From: an uncultured virus (IMG/VR IMGVR_UViG_3300010938_000023)
Taxonomy: Duplodnaviria > Heunggongvirae > Uroviricota > Caudoviricetes
Length of the DNA: 64,000 nt
Reading direction: 5' to 3' (one strand)
Virus record (IMG/VR): IMGVR_UViG_3300010938_000023
How positions within the stretch are numbered: the first letter of the stretch is position 1; each line of letters begins with the position of its first letter. Positions 1 to 10,083 of this stretch are shown here, in pieces. The translations under genes and the position numbers were made by a program. Below the pieces are notes generated by a model that did no database searches, was not told the origin of the DNA, and saw only the letters and a program-made list of their open reading frames with translations.

Positions 1-593
1 CAACGGGACCCACTGGACCACAGGGTACTACCGGAGCCACAGGTCCTCAAGGTGCGACAGGTCCACAGGGTGCGACGGGTGCAACGGGGCCTCCAGGTCC
101 AGTGGGAGGTAGTAATACCCAGGTTCTATACAATGATAATGGGTCGGCCGCGGGCGATAGTACGTTCACATTTGACAAGGGTAGCAAGCAGGTCAGTGTC
201 CAGCAGCTGGTTGCGACCTCCACCTTGAGGTTAGCTGGTACAGGTGCCCAGCTTCTAGCAGGACGGAACACAGTCAGCTGTTCGATCTATACAATTACGA
301 TCAGCGGCGGGATTGCAACCTGGGATCAGCAACGGGGCAATCGGGCGGTTCTGACACTCACGGAGAGTATCAACACATTCAGTTTCAGTCCGGCCCCCTC
401 TGATCCAACCAACCTACAGCTGAAGGTGATCCAAGGGACGAGTGGTGGTTGCAATATTACCTGGCCTGCAACGGTACTATGGGGCTGGGGTGAGCCGCCG
501 GTGATTACGCCGACAGCCAATGCGATTGATGTGATCAATCTGCTCTATGATGGGACCTACTATTTGGGTACCTATGTCCAGGACTTCCGGTAA
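1..593 (+). CDS. Collagen-like tail or head fibre protein, C-terminal part (5' end outside window)
   Basis: The frame of ORF 102..593 is open from base 3 and reads TGPTGPQGTTGATGPQGATGPQGATGATGPPGPV. It ends in a ...NITWPATVLWGW.EPPVITPTANAIDVINLLYDGTYY domain of a type common at phage fibre C-termini. Confidence 0.8.
   Translation, partial: TGPTGPQGTTGATGPQGATGPQGATGATGPPGPVGGSNTQVLYNDNGSAAGDSTFTFDKGSKQVSVQQLVATSTLRLAGTGAQLLAGRNTVSCSIYTITISGGIATWDQQRGNRAVLTLTESINTFSFSPAPSDPTNLQLKVIQGTSGGCNITWPATVLWGWGEPPVITPTANAIDVINLLYDGTYYLGTYVQDFR
3..101 (+). repeat. Gly-X-Y collagen-like coding repeat
   Basis: About 11 consecutive G-X-Y triplets (GPT, GPQ, GAT, GPP). Confidence 0.9.
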
Positions 594-678
594 ACCGACT
601 GTTATCTGATCCTAGGCATTCGGTCCGGTTTCCGGCTTGGACCCAAGCGGTGGACAGCCTAAAGTTTGGACTCCTGTT

Positions 679-3261
679 ATGGCCTATCTGCTTAGCTATC
701 AGGATGGGGACTGGTGTACGGCCAGCACTTGGCGACCGATCTGGGATGCAGTTGCGGTCCTGACTGCAGACCGGGAAGCGTTACCTAAGTCCGGGATCCA
801 GTGGGGGCCGATCTATACGGTGACGTCCCCACTCACGATCGATGCGGTCGCAATGCTGTGCCGGATCAATATCTCAGCAGGCACATGCGCGGTCCTGTTA
901 TCCAAGGACGGTGGTACGAACATCTATGCTCGGGTCCATTTTGCACATCAGCATGCCTATAGCGGGGTTCTCGGCTGGCGGATCTTCCAGTTCGCATCGA
1001 ATATCAGCTGGTCGAGCGGGACCGAGCTGTGGCGGATCGGAATCCAAGCAACCTCATCGAACGAGAACAATGTCGCATTTGGCTATAGCAGTAGTGGCCC
1101 GGAAACGAACTTTGCCCAGATGTTCCGGCTCGTATCGGTAACACCCACGATCCTGACGGGCCAGTTCTATTACATTCTGGGCGAGACCCGGTCCAGCACA
1201 ACCATTGGGAGTGCACTCAGTGTACAACGGCTCATCACGTTGGACGAGACGTTAGCGACCCGTGTCTATACGGGGCTGCATATCGGCAAGGGCGGCATAC
1301 TCCAGGGCCGCAATGTGGCGAACCAGACCTATCGGTTGTATTTCCAGCCGAACTGTCAGAACGTGGTGGCGCAGGGTGGTATGCTGAGCCTATTTACGTT
1401 ATCGAGTGCACTGACCTTGAGTAGCCGGATCGAGTTCGTGGGGGACGGTCGCTGGACGTTCGAGCCGGGCCATACGGTGATCGCATACGGCGCGAGTCTA
1501 TGGCCGACCTGGTCCGCGCTTGCAACGGACGCGCCAACCGGTACGACGGTCCTCACGATCGGCCAGCAGGTGAGCTGGGCTTCCGGCAGCAGCCTGGTCC
1601 TAGCAGCGACCCAGGTCGTGACCAGCAGCTACGAACGGCTGACCCTGGCGGCAACGGTCAGTAGCGGCCAGACCCTGGGCCTGACGGCGGGCCTGAGCCA
1701 GCTCTGTTGGGGCAGCACTCCGATCCAGGCACATGTCGCGAACCTGAGCCGGAACATCCAGTTCTGTGGCAGTTTAGCCACCGCGGGCCTAGAGCTGCGG
1801 GTCCAATCGGGCCTGAACCTATCCAGCCGGTTCGATGTGCAAGCGGTCCAGTTCGGGCCGAACCTGGGCCCTACGACCGGATTGCAGGTCAGTATCAGCA
1901 GCGGGGCATTCATCCAGATTCGTAACTGCAGCCTATTTGATGGGGTTGGCACCAGCTCCGCGGGGCTCCAGGTGAGCTCAGATGCGACCGTAGTGGAGTC
2001 GAACACATTACGGGGCAGCTGTACGCTCCAGAGCCTGGTCAGTGCGAACTTTGCGGGTCCACATGTCTGGCTGGGGCCGGGCTCGGACGGCGGGCCGGTC
2101 CAGGGTGCACGTTACAGTAACAGTATCGCGATCTATAACCGCGGCCAGTTCCAGAACCTGATCTATTCCTATCCGGGCCGGTTCAGTCAGACTTCGGGCC
2201 TGGTGCTCGCAGACGGGTATGGGCCGGGCCTGGTGCTCGCGTTAGAGCCTGGTCAGACTGCGACCGGTAGCAGTATCAGCAGCCATCTGATCTATAGTTG
2301 CAACAGCTGGGGCCTGTTACTGACGGCGGGTCGGGCTCCGGTCCTGGCCAATAGTGTCCTGACCCAGCTGGGGCTTTCGGGTCTGACCGTATGGGGTACT
2401 GCGGGCGTCAACTGGTCCTATCCGTATGCGATGCAGTTCACGGTCGAACGTTGGGCCCTGTTCGGGAACGACCAGGGTGCAGGCTCGAACCTGACCTGGA
2501 ACGGCTACCTGGCCGATGTCACGTTCAGCTCGCTCTGTACGTTCGATGGGGGTCCGAGCCCAGGGCCGCAGGCGAGCTATCTGCTCTATGCCGGCAAACT
2601 GGCGGCGGGTGAGCTGGTGTTCGATAGCTGCACGTTCGAGCCCTGGCAATCGGTCAAACGCGCGGTCCTGGGCCTCCCAGCAGGTGGGGCCCCCTGCCAG
2701 CAGGTCTATTTCCAGACGTGCCGGGCCAGTAGCAGCTGGGTTGATCCGGTCAATGAGCAGGGGCGATTGGTCCAGATACGGGCCCGGCAGTTAGAGCAGC
2801 CGGTGATCGTGGACGGGAGTACGGTCCAGCAGCGGTACCTGCGGTTCGGTACGTTGAGCCGGGACACGGGGATCACGCGGCCGGGCCGGCCCGCTTCGGA
2901 ACGGATGGAGCCGGGCTGGCCGACCGCGTACCTGGAGTCCAGCCCGAAATGGCTGGCGGTCCCGGCCGGTAACGATTGCCGGGTGGAGGTCTGGGTCCGG
3001 GCCTCGACCCTGGCGGATGGCGCGTCCTACTCCAATGAGCCGGTCCAACTGGTCTTGAAACGGCGGGCCGGCAGTAGTCCGAGCGAGGACACGATCCTGG
3101 CACAACGGACCGCGGTACCTGGCGTCTGGTCCCGATTGGTTGGCCAGTTCAATGCGCCCGTGACCGGGGTCTATACGGTCGTGGTCCGAGCCCGGGCCGA
3201 TTCGGACGGTGCGGGCTGGCTCAATGTCGGGGACTGGCAGGCAGGCTGGCCCAGCCCATAA
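679..3261 (+). CDS. Putative tail spike or receptor-binding protein with G8-like and beta-helix-like regions (paralogue 1)
   Basis: Long S/T/G-rich beta-type ORF with a HVANLSRNIQFCG motif like the segment that follows G8 domains. ATG 679 chosen because it aligns with the N-terminus of the next gene; the track start is TTG 637. Confidence 0.55.
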   Translation: MAYLLSYQDGDWCTASTWRPIWDAVAVLTADREALPKSGIQWGPIYTVTSPLTIDAVAMLCRINISAGTCAVLLSKDGGTNIYARVHFAHQHAYSGVLGWRIFQFASNISWSSGTELWRIGIQATSSNENNVAFGYSSSGPETNFAQMFRLVSVTPTILTGQFYYILGETRSSTTIGSALSVQRLITLDETLATRVYTGLHIGKGGILQGRNVANQTYRLYFQPNCQNVVAQGGMLSLFTLSSALTLSSRIEFVGDGRWTFEPGHTVIAYGASLWPTWSALATDAPTGTTVLTIGQQVSWASGSSLVLAATQVVTSSYERLTLAATVSSGQTLGLTAGLSQLCWGSTPIQAHVANLSRNIQFCGSLATAGLELRVQSGLNLSSRFDVQAVQFGPNLGPTTGLQVSISSGAFIQIRNCSLFDGVGTSSAGLQVSSDATVVESNTLRGSCTLQSLVSANFAGPHVWLGPGSDGGPVQGARYSNSIAIYNRGQFQNLIYSYPGRFSQTSGLVLADGYGPGLVLALEPGQTATGSSISSHLIYSCNSWGLLLTAGRAPVLANSVLTQLGLSGLTVWGTAGVNWSYPYAMQFTVERWALFGNDQGAGSNLTWNGYLADVTFSSLCTFDGGPSPGPQASYLLYAGKLAAGELVFDSCTFEPWQSVKRAVLGLPAGGAPCQQVYFQTCRASSSWVDPVNEQGRLVQIRARQLEQPVIVDGSTVQQRYLRFGTLSRDTGITRPGRPASERMEPGWPTAYLESSPKWLAVPAGNDCRVEVWVRASTLADGASYSNEPVQLVLKRRAGSSPSEDTILAQRTAVPGVWSRLVGQFNAPVTGVYTVVVRARADSDGAGWLNVGDWQAGWPSP

Positions 3262-3288
3262 CGTGATAAGCGGTCGTTATAGGTTAGC

Positions 3289-5820
3289 ATGAGCTATCTG
3301 ATCGCGAACCAGTCCGGCAATTTCGAGCAGGCCGGCCTCTGGTCGGTCGCAGCGGACGATGCCGGTGCAGTCCAGCAGAATGCCAGCGGCTATCGCGGCT
3401 TGACCACCAGCTGGCTCTGGAGCAGCCTATTCACGTTATCGAACCGCACGGTCGATGCGGTCCTGGTGATGGGCCGTCGGTACGGCGATGTCAGTTCCGG
3501 GCAGGTCGAGGTGGCACTCTCGAACAATGGTGGGTCCAGCATCAGCCAGATTCAGACCCTACCGGTGACGGGTCTGGCCGTCGGTCGGAGCCAGGTCCTG
3601 GTCCAGTTCCCGAGCAGCCAGACCTACAATAGCGGCCAGATGGCACTAGGGCTGCGTTGTACGGAAAGCTCACGAGCCATCTTCTATTACCAGACGGGCA
3701 CCAGCTCGAACTGGACCCGATTGGTCCGGACGACCCAGACAGCGGCCGCTACGACCGATGACCTAGTCTATATCAGCGGCCCCTGGACGGGTCCCGCAAC
3801 CGGGCAGCTTCTGACGGTCGAGTACAACAGTTTCCGTACGACCGGCACGATCGCCAGCTTGGAGATCGGGCTGAACGGGTGTCTGAACGTGATCCCGGTC
3901 AGCGGCCAGACGGTCCAGTTCCTGGTCCAGCGTGGGGTCCAGACATACGCCCGGGGTCAGCTCTGGTGGGGTCCCGTCCAGGGCGGGCAGCTGGCCAGTT
4001 TCGCCAGTGGCAGCACCCTCATCTGGACCCATCAGTTTGGGGCCGCGGTGCTCCGGGTCTGGGCCGGTGGCGAATGGCGGGCCTATAGCAGTTTCGGGCC
4101 CGGCCCGGCCCGTGCGTTCCTGGCCTGCCCATTACCGACCGATGGGACGGTCCTCACGCTCGATACGACGGTCCGTTGGGCCGCGGGCCAGCAGCTATTG
4201 CTTGTGGCCGGTACGGCTGCGACCCATAGCTGGCTCACAGTCGCACAGGACGTGGTGGATCGTTCGATTGTGACGGTGACCAGCCCGGTCACGATGTTCT
4301 ATGGGGGCGGCAGTGCATTCCCGACCCCGGTCCTGAACATGAGCCGGAACCTGATCTATAAGGGTCGGGACTCGGCCGCTCAGATCATGATCGATCTACA
4401 GGAATCGACCACAGTCCATCTGGACGGGGTCGAGTTCCGGCATGTGGGCTATCAGTCGGACCGTGGGGTACGGGCCGCATTAGGCTGGGGGCTCGGCTGT
4501 ATCACCCTGGAACGGTGCGTGTTCCGGGACAGCAACAGCTATGGGACCCTGAACGTGGTGGAAGGGTTCGGCGGGTTCTCGATCGAAGGCTCGGAGAGCC
4601 AGGTGAAGCTGGTCGCACGGCACAACAATTTCTATAACTGTTATGGGGGGCTCTGGGTCACGCTGGCGACCACCACGCTGCTGTCCAGCCAGGTCGATCT
4701 GAGCTCGAACAGTTTCGTACTGAACCGGTACGATCCGGCCGATCCACGTTATAATCTGGTCCTGGCCCACACGGTCAATATCCGGGGCAGCCTCTCCTAC
4801 GGGTCGGGCGGGGGCCTGTTACTACAGCAGACCCAGAGCACCAGTGATCAGGCCAACAACCTGAACAATCTGACCTTATGGCATGGTGAGCCGACCGTAC
4901 CGACCGTACAGATCGCAGGCCAGCTGGAGCAGGGCCGGGTCCTTGCCGGCTGGTCAGTGGGGCACCGGGGCGGGCCGAGCTCGGTCGTGCCCGCGATCTA
5001 TGATACGGGCAGCCAGATCGGGGTCACGTTCCGGGATGGGCTGTTTTCAGGTCGATACAATTTCGGTGGAAGCGGTCCCCATATCTGGCTGTTCGGTACC
5101 TGTCAGTTCGGAGTGCTGTCCGATAGTGTGGCCGGTATCGTGGACCCGGGCCTGGGCGGCCAGCTGGTGCTGGACCAGTGTGTCGCGACCGGGCTGGGCA
5201 CCTGGCCATTGGTCCAGTGCACCGCCCTGTCCGGCTGGCTGGGCTATAGCCAGATCCTGGCCCGGAGCTGTACGTTGGGTGGCTCGTTGCTGACGTCCGG
5301 CCCCCTGATGCCACGTGCGACCTACTATAGCTGGCGTGAGAGCTCCGATGAGCTGGGCTGGACCGTGTGGACTCGGGAGACGGTCCGCAGCAGCTCGTCG
5401 GCCGTGGTCCGGTCCAGCCCACGTTCGGAACGGGTCCAGTTGAGATCGGGCCGGACCGCTTATAGTGGGCTGCGGGCCGCACCCTATTCTCAGCTGCATA
5501 TCGAAGTGAAGGTCTGGGTCTATAAGTCCAATCTGACCGGGGAGTCCTATAGCGGCAATGCCCCGGCCCTGGTGGTCCGACCGGACCCTAGTCGCGGGCT
5601 GAGACAGGAGCTGGCCTTAGCGACCCTACCGGGGACCGTTACCAACGGGGTGTGGTACCAGCTGATCGGGACGTTACGGACCACCTCCACCTTGAGCACG
5701 GTCCCGGTCTGGAACCCTACGGCCCCGACCCAGGCCCGGTTCGCGGTCCGGGCCAATGCGGGCAGCTTGGGCAGTGGCGCATTCTATCTGGACGATTGGG
5801 ACCTGTGTTACTTCAGCTAG
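3289..5820 (+). CDS. Putative tail spike or receptor-binding protein with G8-like and beta-helix-like regions (paralogue 2)
   Basis: 843-aa ORF with a VLNMSRNLIYKG motif. N-terminus, middle and C-terminus all resemble the preceding gene. Confidence 0.55.
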   Translation: MSYLIANQSGNFEQAGLWSVAADDAGAVQQNASGYRGLTTSWLWSSLFTLSNRTVDAVLVMGRRYGDVSSGQVEVALSNNGGSSISQIQTLPVTGLAVGRSQVLVQFPSSQTYNSGQMALGLRCTESSRAIFYYQTGTSSNWTRLVRTTQTAAATTDDLVYISGPWTGPATGQLLTVEYNSFRTTGTIASLEIGLNGCLNVIPVSGQTVQFLVQRGVQTYARGQLWWGPVQGGQLASFASGSTLIWTHQFGAAVLRVWAGGEWRAYSSFGPGPARAFLACPLPTDGTVLTLDTTVRWAAGQQLLLVAGTAATHSWLTVAQDVVDRSIVTVTSPVTMFYGGGSAFPTPVLNMSRNLIYKGRDSAAQIMIDLQESTTVHLDGVEFRHVGYQSDRGVRAALGWGLGCITLERCVFRDSNSYGTLNVVEGFGGFSIEGSESQVKLVARHNNFYNCYGGLWVTLATTTLLSSQVDLSSNSFVLNRYDPADPRYNLVLAHTVNIRGSLSYGSGGGLLLQQTQSTSDQANNLNNLTLWHGEPTVPTVQIAGQLEQGRVLAGWSVGHRGGPSSVVPAIYDTGSQIGVTFRDGLFSGRYNFGGSGPHIWLFGTCQFGVLSDSVAGIVDPGLGGQLVLDQCVATGLGTWPLVQCTALSGWLGYSQILARSCTLGGSLLTSGPLMPRATYYSWRESSDELGWTVWTRETVRSSSSAVVRSSPRSERVQLRSGRTAYSGLRAAPYSQLHIEVKVWVYKSNLTGESYSGNAPALVVRPDPSRGLRQELALATLPGTVTNGVWYQLIGTLRTTSTLSTVPVWNPTAPTQARFAVRANAGSLGSGAFYLDDWDLCYFS

Positions 5821-5841
5821 CACTTCGGAACGGACCGAACC

Positions 5842-6066
5842 ATGGCACTCTGGACGGATACCGGGGATGGACGTTGGGTAGTCCCAGAACAGGATGGCGA
5901 GCTCGGCCTGTTCGATGAGAATCGGTTCACACTCACTGCGGCCGGGCCACATGTGGGTGAAAGCTACTATTTCCAGGGGGGTGATACGGCCGGGTTCCTG
6001 CCCTATACCTATCAGCGGCTGAGGCCCTGGCCGACGGCCGGGCTGGAGTTCGGGTTCCCACACTGA
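5842..6066 (+). CDS. Small hypothetical protein
   Basis: 74-aa ATG ORF filling the gap between two genes, with codon style like its neighbours. Confidence 0.6.
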   Translation: MALWTDTGDGRWVVPEQDGELGLFDENRFTLTAAGPHVGESYYFQGGDTAGFLPYTYQRLRPWPTAGLEFGFPH

Positions 6067-6109
6067 GCCGAGCTGACCCGTGCGGGGCTGGTCAGTATGC
6101 TCTAGACCG

Positions 6110-6115
6110 TACAAT
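6110..6115 (+). promoter_or_regulatory. Candidate -10 element (TACAAT) upstream of the head module
   Basis: AT-rich island in GC-rich DNA, 65 nt before the ATG at 6180, with a GGGAGG ribosome-binding site at 6161-6166. No clear -35. Confidence 0.45.
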
Positions 6116-6179
6116 AGACTATTAGAGGAAATACTGGCCAAGTTTTCGTCTGGCCGCCACAGGGAGGACCAGCCCTAAA

Positions 6180-8612
6180 ATGTTCGAGCTACAGTTCCGT
6201 TCGTACCGTGATCGGACCGGGCGACGTCACCTTCGATTGTGCGAGTCGGGCCCCGTCCAGAAAGTGCCACAGCTCCGGCCCAAGGCCCGAGCCCAGCTCA
6301 TGGCCCTGATCCAGAAGATGTTGGACCCGAGCCAGCAGCCCCAGGGCCATGCGATGGTCATCTTCCCACGGGCCGTGGTGATCCATGGCGAGCATCGCAC
6401 CCGCAACTGGACCTACTATACCCGGGCCAGCTGTCTGGGCGACCCAGAGAAGATGACGGGCGTCCATTCCCTGACCTGGCCCTATCCCAAGCCGGTCATC
6501 GAATCACACGCAGTCGGAGGTGGGATGCTCGGCGGGGCCAGCTCACCGATCTATGGCCGGATCATCCATGGCTGGTATGTCGAGGATCATGGCCTCCCGG
6601 AGGTCCAGGCCCTGTTCCGGATCACGGAGGCAGAAGCGATCCGTAAGATTCTGAACTTGGAGTTCTATACGGTCTCGATCGGCAGTGATGTAACAGCTGC
6701 ATACTGTAGCTATTGTGGCCAGAACCTGGTTGAGGACGGCCCCTGCGATCATGAACGGGGCAAGCCGATCGAGGGCAAGGAGGTCTTCTGGCGGATCGAG
6801 GAATGGCACTTAGAGGAGTGCTCGTTCGTGGCCGTGCCGTCCGATGCGTTATCGCCGGGTGGCCCGGCCCGGATCTTGGAGCCGGACGTGGGACTGAGCC
6901 AGGCCCAGCTGCTGATCCAGACGAAGGAGGGGTTTTGGGACCTGACCGAGACGGGCCTGGAACGGGCCGAGCTGGTGCCGGGCAACGAGCCCAAGCTGGC
7001 CCTTTTGGAGTCCGAATGGAGCCTTCTGGGCAGTGCTCGGTCCGGGCACGGCCCTTATCTGCTGGGGCCGATCCATTGGAGAGAGGAGAAGACAGATGCC
7101 ATGAACGAAGAACAGATGCAGGCGTTCCTTGCGGGCCTGACCGTGCAGGAATGGCCGAACGTGCCAGGCCCGTTACAGGACCAGGTCCGGACCTACCTGG
7201 CGGACCGGCCGGACCGTCAGGCGAGCCTGACACCGGAACTACTGGCCGTGATTGGGCAGCCCGGCCCGCTCGAACCGGAGCCTGGTCCGACCGCGGACCC
7301 GACACCGGCGGACCCGACACCGGCCGAGGAGCCCACAGCCGGGCCCGCTAGCTCCGGAGAAGCGGACGAGGATAGCCCGTTGACATACGGGGAGCTGTAC
7401 CTGCTGGATCACGAGGATGACCAGTTCGGGCAGGAAGCACCCATGTCCCGACGGCAGCGTGACCGGTTGCCCGATTCGGCCTTCTGCGGCCCGAACCGGA
7501 CCTGGCCGGTCCCCAATTGTGACTATGTAAGGGTCGCACGTGCGTTCCTGGGGAACCCGTTACGGACCAAGAACCTCTCAGCGAGCCAGAAGGCCCAGAT
7601 CCGAGCCTGTATCAATCGCAAGGCCCGTGCGATGGGCTGTGATCGCGAACGCGAGCTGGCCCAGGGCCTGGAGCCGGGCTATGCCTTGGCCCTCACCTTC
7701 CCGGAAGCGGGCCTCCAGGTCAGCCTATTCGATCTCTTGGCCGAGCCCAGCTGGCTGGTCCAGTTCCTGGCCCGGACCGAGCAGCTGAACCTGCCCTTAC
7801 CGATCCAACAGCAGGTCCAGAAACGACTGGCGCTGACCCTGAAGAGCTTGGAGGTGCGCTGCCATGTGCCGGGCCTGGACCTGGAATCCGATCCAGAGTT
7901 CCCGGAGCTGCCCAGCCTGGAGGTCACAGCCGAGAACTATCTACAGCTCGTGCCGATCCTGGAGGTGCTGACCCGGCTCTTAGAGGCCGAGCCGAGCCAG
8001 CTCAGCCTGGCCCGAGCAAACGTATCGGACGCATCTGGCCCGCAGCTGGAGCAGCTGCGGCACGAACGCAACCGGTTCCAAGAGCAGCTGGAGCAGTTCA
8101 AGCTGCGTCAGGCCGGGCTGGAACGGCAGCTGGACCAGCTTCGGAACCAGCTTGTGACGAGCGAATCCCAGGTCCAGCAGCTGCGGGAGCAGCTGGTCCA
8201 ACAACAGCTCCTGGTCCAAGAGACTCAGCACCGTGGCCGGTCCGAGCTGGTGGGGTTCCTGCTCTGGCACAGCCAACATCCGCGGGCACGTGGCCGGTCC
8301 CTGGAGGAGGTCCAGGACGAGATGGCACGTCAGCATCCCGCGGTCCTGGAATATCTACTGGGGGATCTCCTAGCAGCCTATAAGGAGGGCCGTGCGAGCC
8401 TGGGCCAGCCGGAACCGGTTCCGGACCCTACCCTCCGGGCTCAGGCCGAGTCCCAGGAGCAATCGTCGACCACGCCGGTACCGGACCCCAAATCGGATTT
8501 CGATAGCCTGGTCGAATACTATCGGAATCGGGTCGAACAGACATTGCCACAGGACGATCCGGGCGATAAGCTGCCAGAATACCTGAAGCAGCTGCTTTCG
8601 CTATTGCCCTGA
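6180..8612 (+). CDS. Prohead (capsid maturation) protease fused to a scaffold region
   Basis: Motifs PKPVIESH, IYGRI, FYTVSIG, CSYC...CDH and EECSFVAVPSD are typical of large-phage prohead proteases. An internal RDRLPDSAFCGPNRTWPV module and a C-terminal Q/E/L coiled coil follow. Lies upstream of the capsid genes. Confidence 0.8.
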   Translation: MFELQFRSYRDRTGRRHLRLCESGPVQKVPQLRPKARAQLMALIQKMLDPSQQPQGHAMVIFPRAVVIHGEHRTRNWTYYTRASCLGDPEKMTGVHSLTWPYPKPVIESHAVGGGMLGGASSPIYGRIIHGWYVEDHGLPEVQALFRITEAEAIRKILNLEFYTVSIGSDVTAAYCSYCGQNLVEDGPCDHERGKPIEGKEVFWRIEEWHLEECSFVAVPSDALSPGGPARILEPDVGLSQAQLLIQTKEGFWDLTETGLERAELVPGNEPKLALLESEWSLLGSARSGHGPYLLGPIHWREEKTDAMNEEQMQAFLAGLTVQEWPNVPGPLQDQVRTYLADRPDRQASLTPELLAVIGQPGPLEPEPGPTADPTPADPTPAEEPTAGPASSGEADEDSPLTYGELYLLDHEDDQFGQEAPMSRRQRDRLPDSAFCGPNRTWPVPNCDYVRVARAFLGNPLRTKNLSASQKAQIRACINRKARAMGCDRERELAQGLEPGYALALTFPEAGLQVSLFDLLAEPSWLVQFLARTEQLNLPLPIQQQVQKRLALTLKSLEVRCHVPGLDLESDPEFPELPSLEVTAENYLQLVPILEVLTRLLEAEPSQLSLARANVSDASGPQLEQLRHERNRFQEQLEQFKLRQAGLERQLDQLRNQLVTSESQVQQLREQLVQQQLLVQETQHRGRSELVGFLLWHSQHPRARGRSLEEVQDEMARQHPAVLEYLLGDLLAAYKEGRASLGQPEPVPDPTLRAQAESQEQSSTTPVPDPKSDFDSLVEYYRNRVEQTLPQDDPGDKLPEYLKQLLSLLP

Positions 8613-8716
8613 GTTCCAGGTCATCTGCAGTGGCTCGGCCCCGGGCGCAGGTAAGGGGGCCTAAAGCCCGGATTTCGATTTGCTAGGGGACGGACTATAC
8701 TTCCTGTCCAGAAAGA

Positions 8717-8784
8717 GGATAAAACCGGTCGGAACCGACCGTGGGTCCGAGCTCGGGCCACGGCTCAGGTTTCCGGACCGATCC
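8717..8784 (+). promoter_or_regulatory. Long imperfect hairpin upstream of the head decoration gene
   Basis: Nested arms GGAT/ATCC, CGGTC/GACCG, GGAA/TTCC and CCGTGG/CCACGG centred on GAGCTC. Ends about 13 nt before the GAGGAGG ribosome-binding site. Confidence 0.55.
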
Positions 8785-8818
8785 ATTCAAAGTGTAAGAG
8801 GAGGTTATATCCAATATC

Positions 8819-9853
8819 ATGGCAGTACAACATATCGGTTGGGAAACGATCCCCGGCTCTAAGCAGGGGCCAACTGTAGAGGTAGTGAGCGGCACGGAGG
8901 CACCGGGCTGTCCGTTCCAGCTGGACTCGAGACTACCAGTTCAGGGGCACGACCCGTATCGGTGGGACCTGAGCATCGTGGTCTATGGGGGCGATATCCT
9001 GGCCCTGACCGGTGAGGTGGTCTGGCCGCCGCGGCTGACGATTGCGAACGGGACCAACCTGCCGATCGGGATCGCACCCAAGAACTATTTCCGGCGTGAT
9101 CCCGGCACGATGCTGCACGAACGGATCTATCCGATCCGCAACTGTGTGGTCCGCTTGCCCTATATCTCGGCCGTGAACGATGCCGAAGGGACCTTGACGC
9201 CCGGCTGTTACCTGAAATCGAACAGCAATGGCAAGCCGGTCAAGTTTGTGCCTGGCACGGACGACGAGGAACAGAAGGTTGGCCGGTTCCTGGGCAAAGA
9301 GGTCCAGCCGTTCGATGGCTGGCTGCAATGGGTCACGTCACGTTGGGGCCCTAGCTTCCCCACGGTGCCACGGTTCCTGGCCGTGCCGACCGCGGAGGCG
9401 GTCCATGACGGCAATGGGAACGCGGCCCAGTCGGCCACAGCCACCCTGAGCACGACCCCAGCCAGCTCGCTCAAAGCGATGCTGATCACAGCCGATAACG
9501 GCAACCGAGTGTATCTGTTGAGCCACAAGAACGTGAGTGGGCTCCATCCGGTCGATGTCTGGGTGGGTGGAGTGCTGCAGGCGAAGAACTACGAGTCCGG
9601 CGTCTATGGCCAGATGTATCAGGGCGTCAACTATGTGGTGGACCTGCAGGAGGGCACCATCACGTTCAGCTCGACCCTGGCGACGACCGTGACGGTCCAG
9701 GCCAGCTACCATTATGAGCTGGGCTATGACCGTGGCATCAAGTTCGATTCCGGCCAGATCGGGCTGACCGATGATGGCACGCCCGCGATCGCCAATGTAG
9801 CGGGCGCAGTCGGAATCCTGTGGGCCGAGTTCTTCGGGTTTGCAACCGTCTAA
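8819..9853 (+). CDS. Putative head decoration (capsid cement) protein with an inserted beta-sandwich module
   Basis: Strong ribosome-binding site; sits between protease and major capsid. The LTPGCYLKSNSNGKPVKF...QKVGRFL pattern resembles decoration proteins. Confidence 0.6.
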   Translation: MAVQHIGWETIPGSKQGPTVEVVSGTEAPGCPFQLDSRLPVQGHDPYRWDLSIVVYGGDILALTGEVVWPPRLTIANGTNLPIGIAPKNYFRRDPGTMLHERIYPIRNCVVRLPYISAVNDAEGTLTPGCYLKSNSNGKPVKFVPGTDDEEQKVGRFLGKEVQPFDGWLQWVTSRWGPSFPTVPRFLAVPTAEAVHDGNGNAAQSATATLSTTPASSLKAMLITADNGNRVYLLSHKNVSGLHPVDVWVGGVLQAKNYESGVYGQMYQGVNYVVDLQEGTITFSSTLATTVTVQASYHYELGYDRGIKFDSGQIGLTDDGTPAIANVAGAVGILWAEFFGFATV

Positions 9854-9999
9854 TGTCAGGTGCAGCAAGCCCACCGGGTCCCGGGCGGCCCAGGCTCAAG
9901 GCAGGTGGCCGCCCAGGCCCTCACCTCAGGCTAAGGCCCCTGACCGGGCTCGGCCCAAGCCTGATAGGGAAAAGCGGTCAGGAAGCCAATTTGACAAGA

Positions 10000-10051
10000 T
10001 TCTCGGACCGGGTCAGGAGTTGCCTGCGAGGGCCTGGGCCCGGTCCGAGAA
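10000..10051 (+). promoter_or_regulatory. Hairpin with a 13-bp perfect stem upstream of the major capsid gene
   Basis: TTCTCGGACCGGG (10000-10012) pairs with CCCGGTCCGAGAA (10039-10051) and extends inward. Confidence 0.65.
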
Positions 10052-10083
10052 GATCCATACTATGAAGGGAGATCAAATCATCC

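Noticed and set aside
679..5820. Diversity-generating retroelement or invertible fibre cassette
   Set aside because: No reverse transcriptase or invertase seen, no near-identical template/variable repeat pair, and the paralogues are highly diverged at DNA level.
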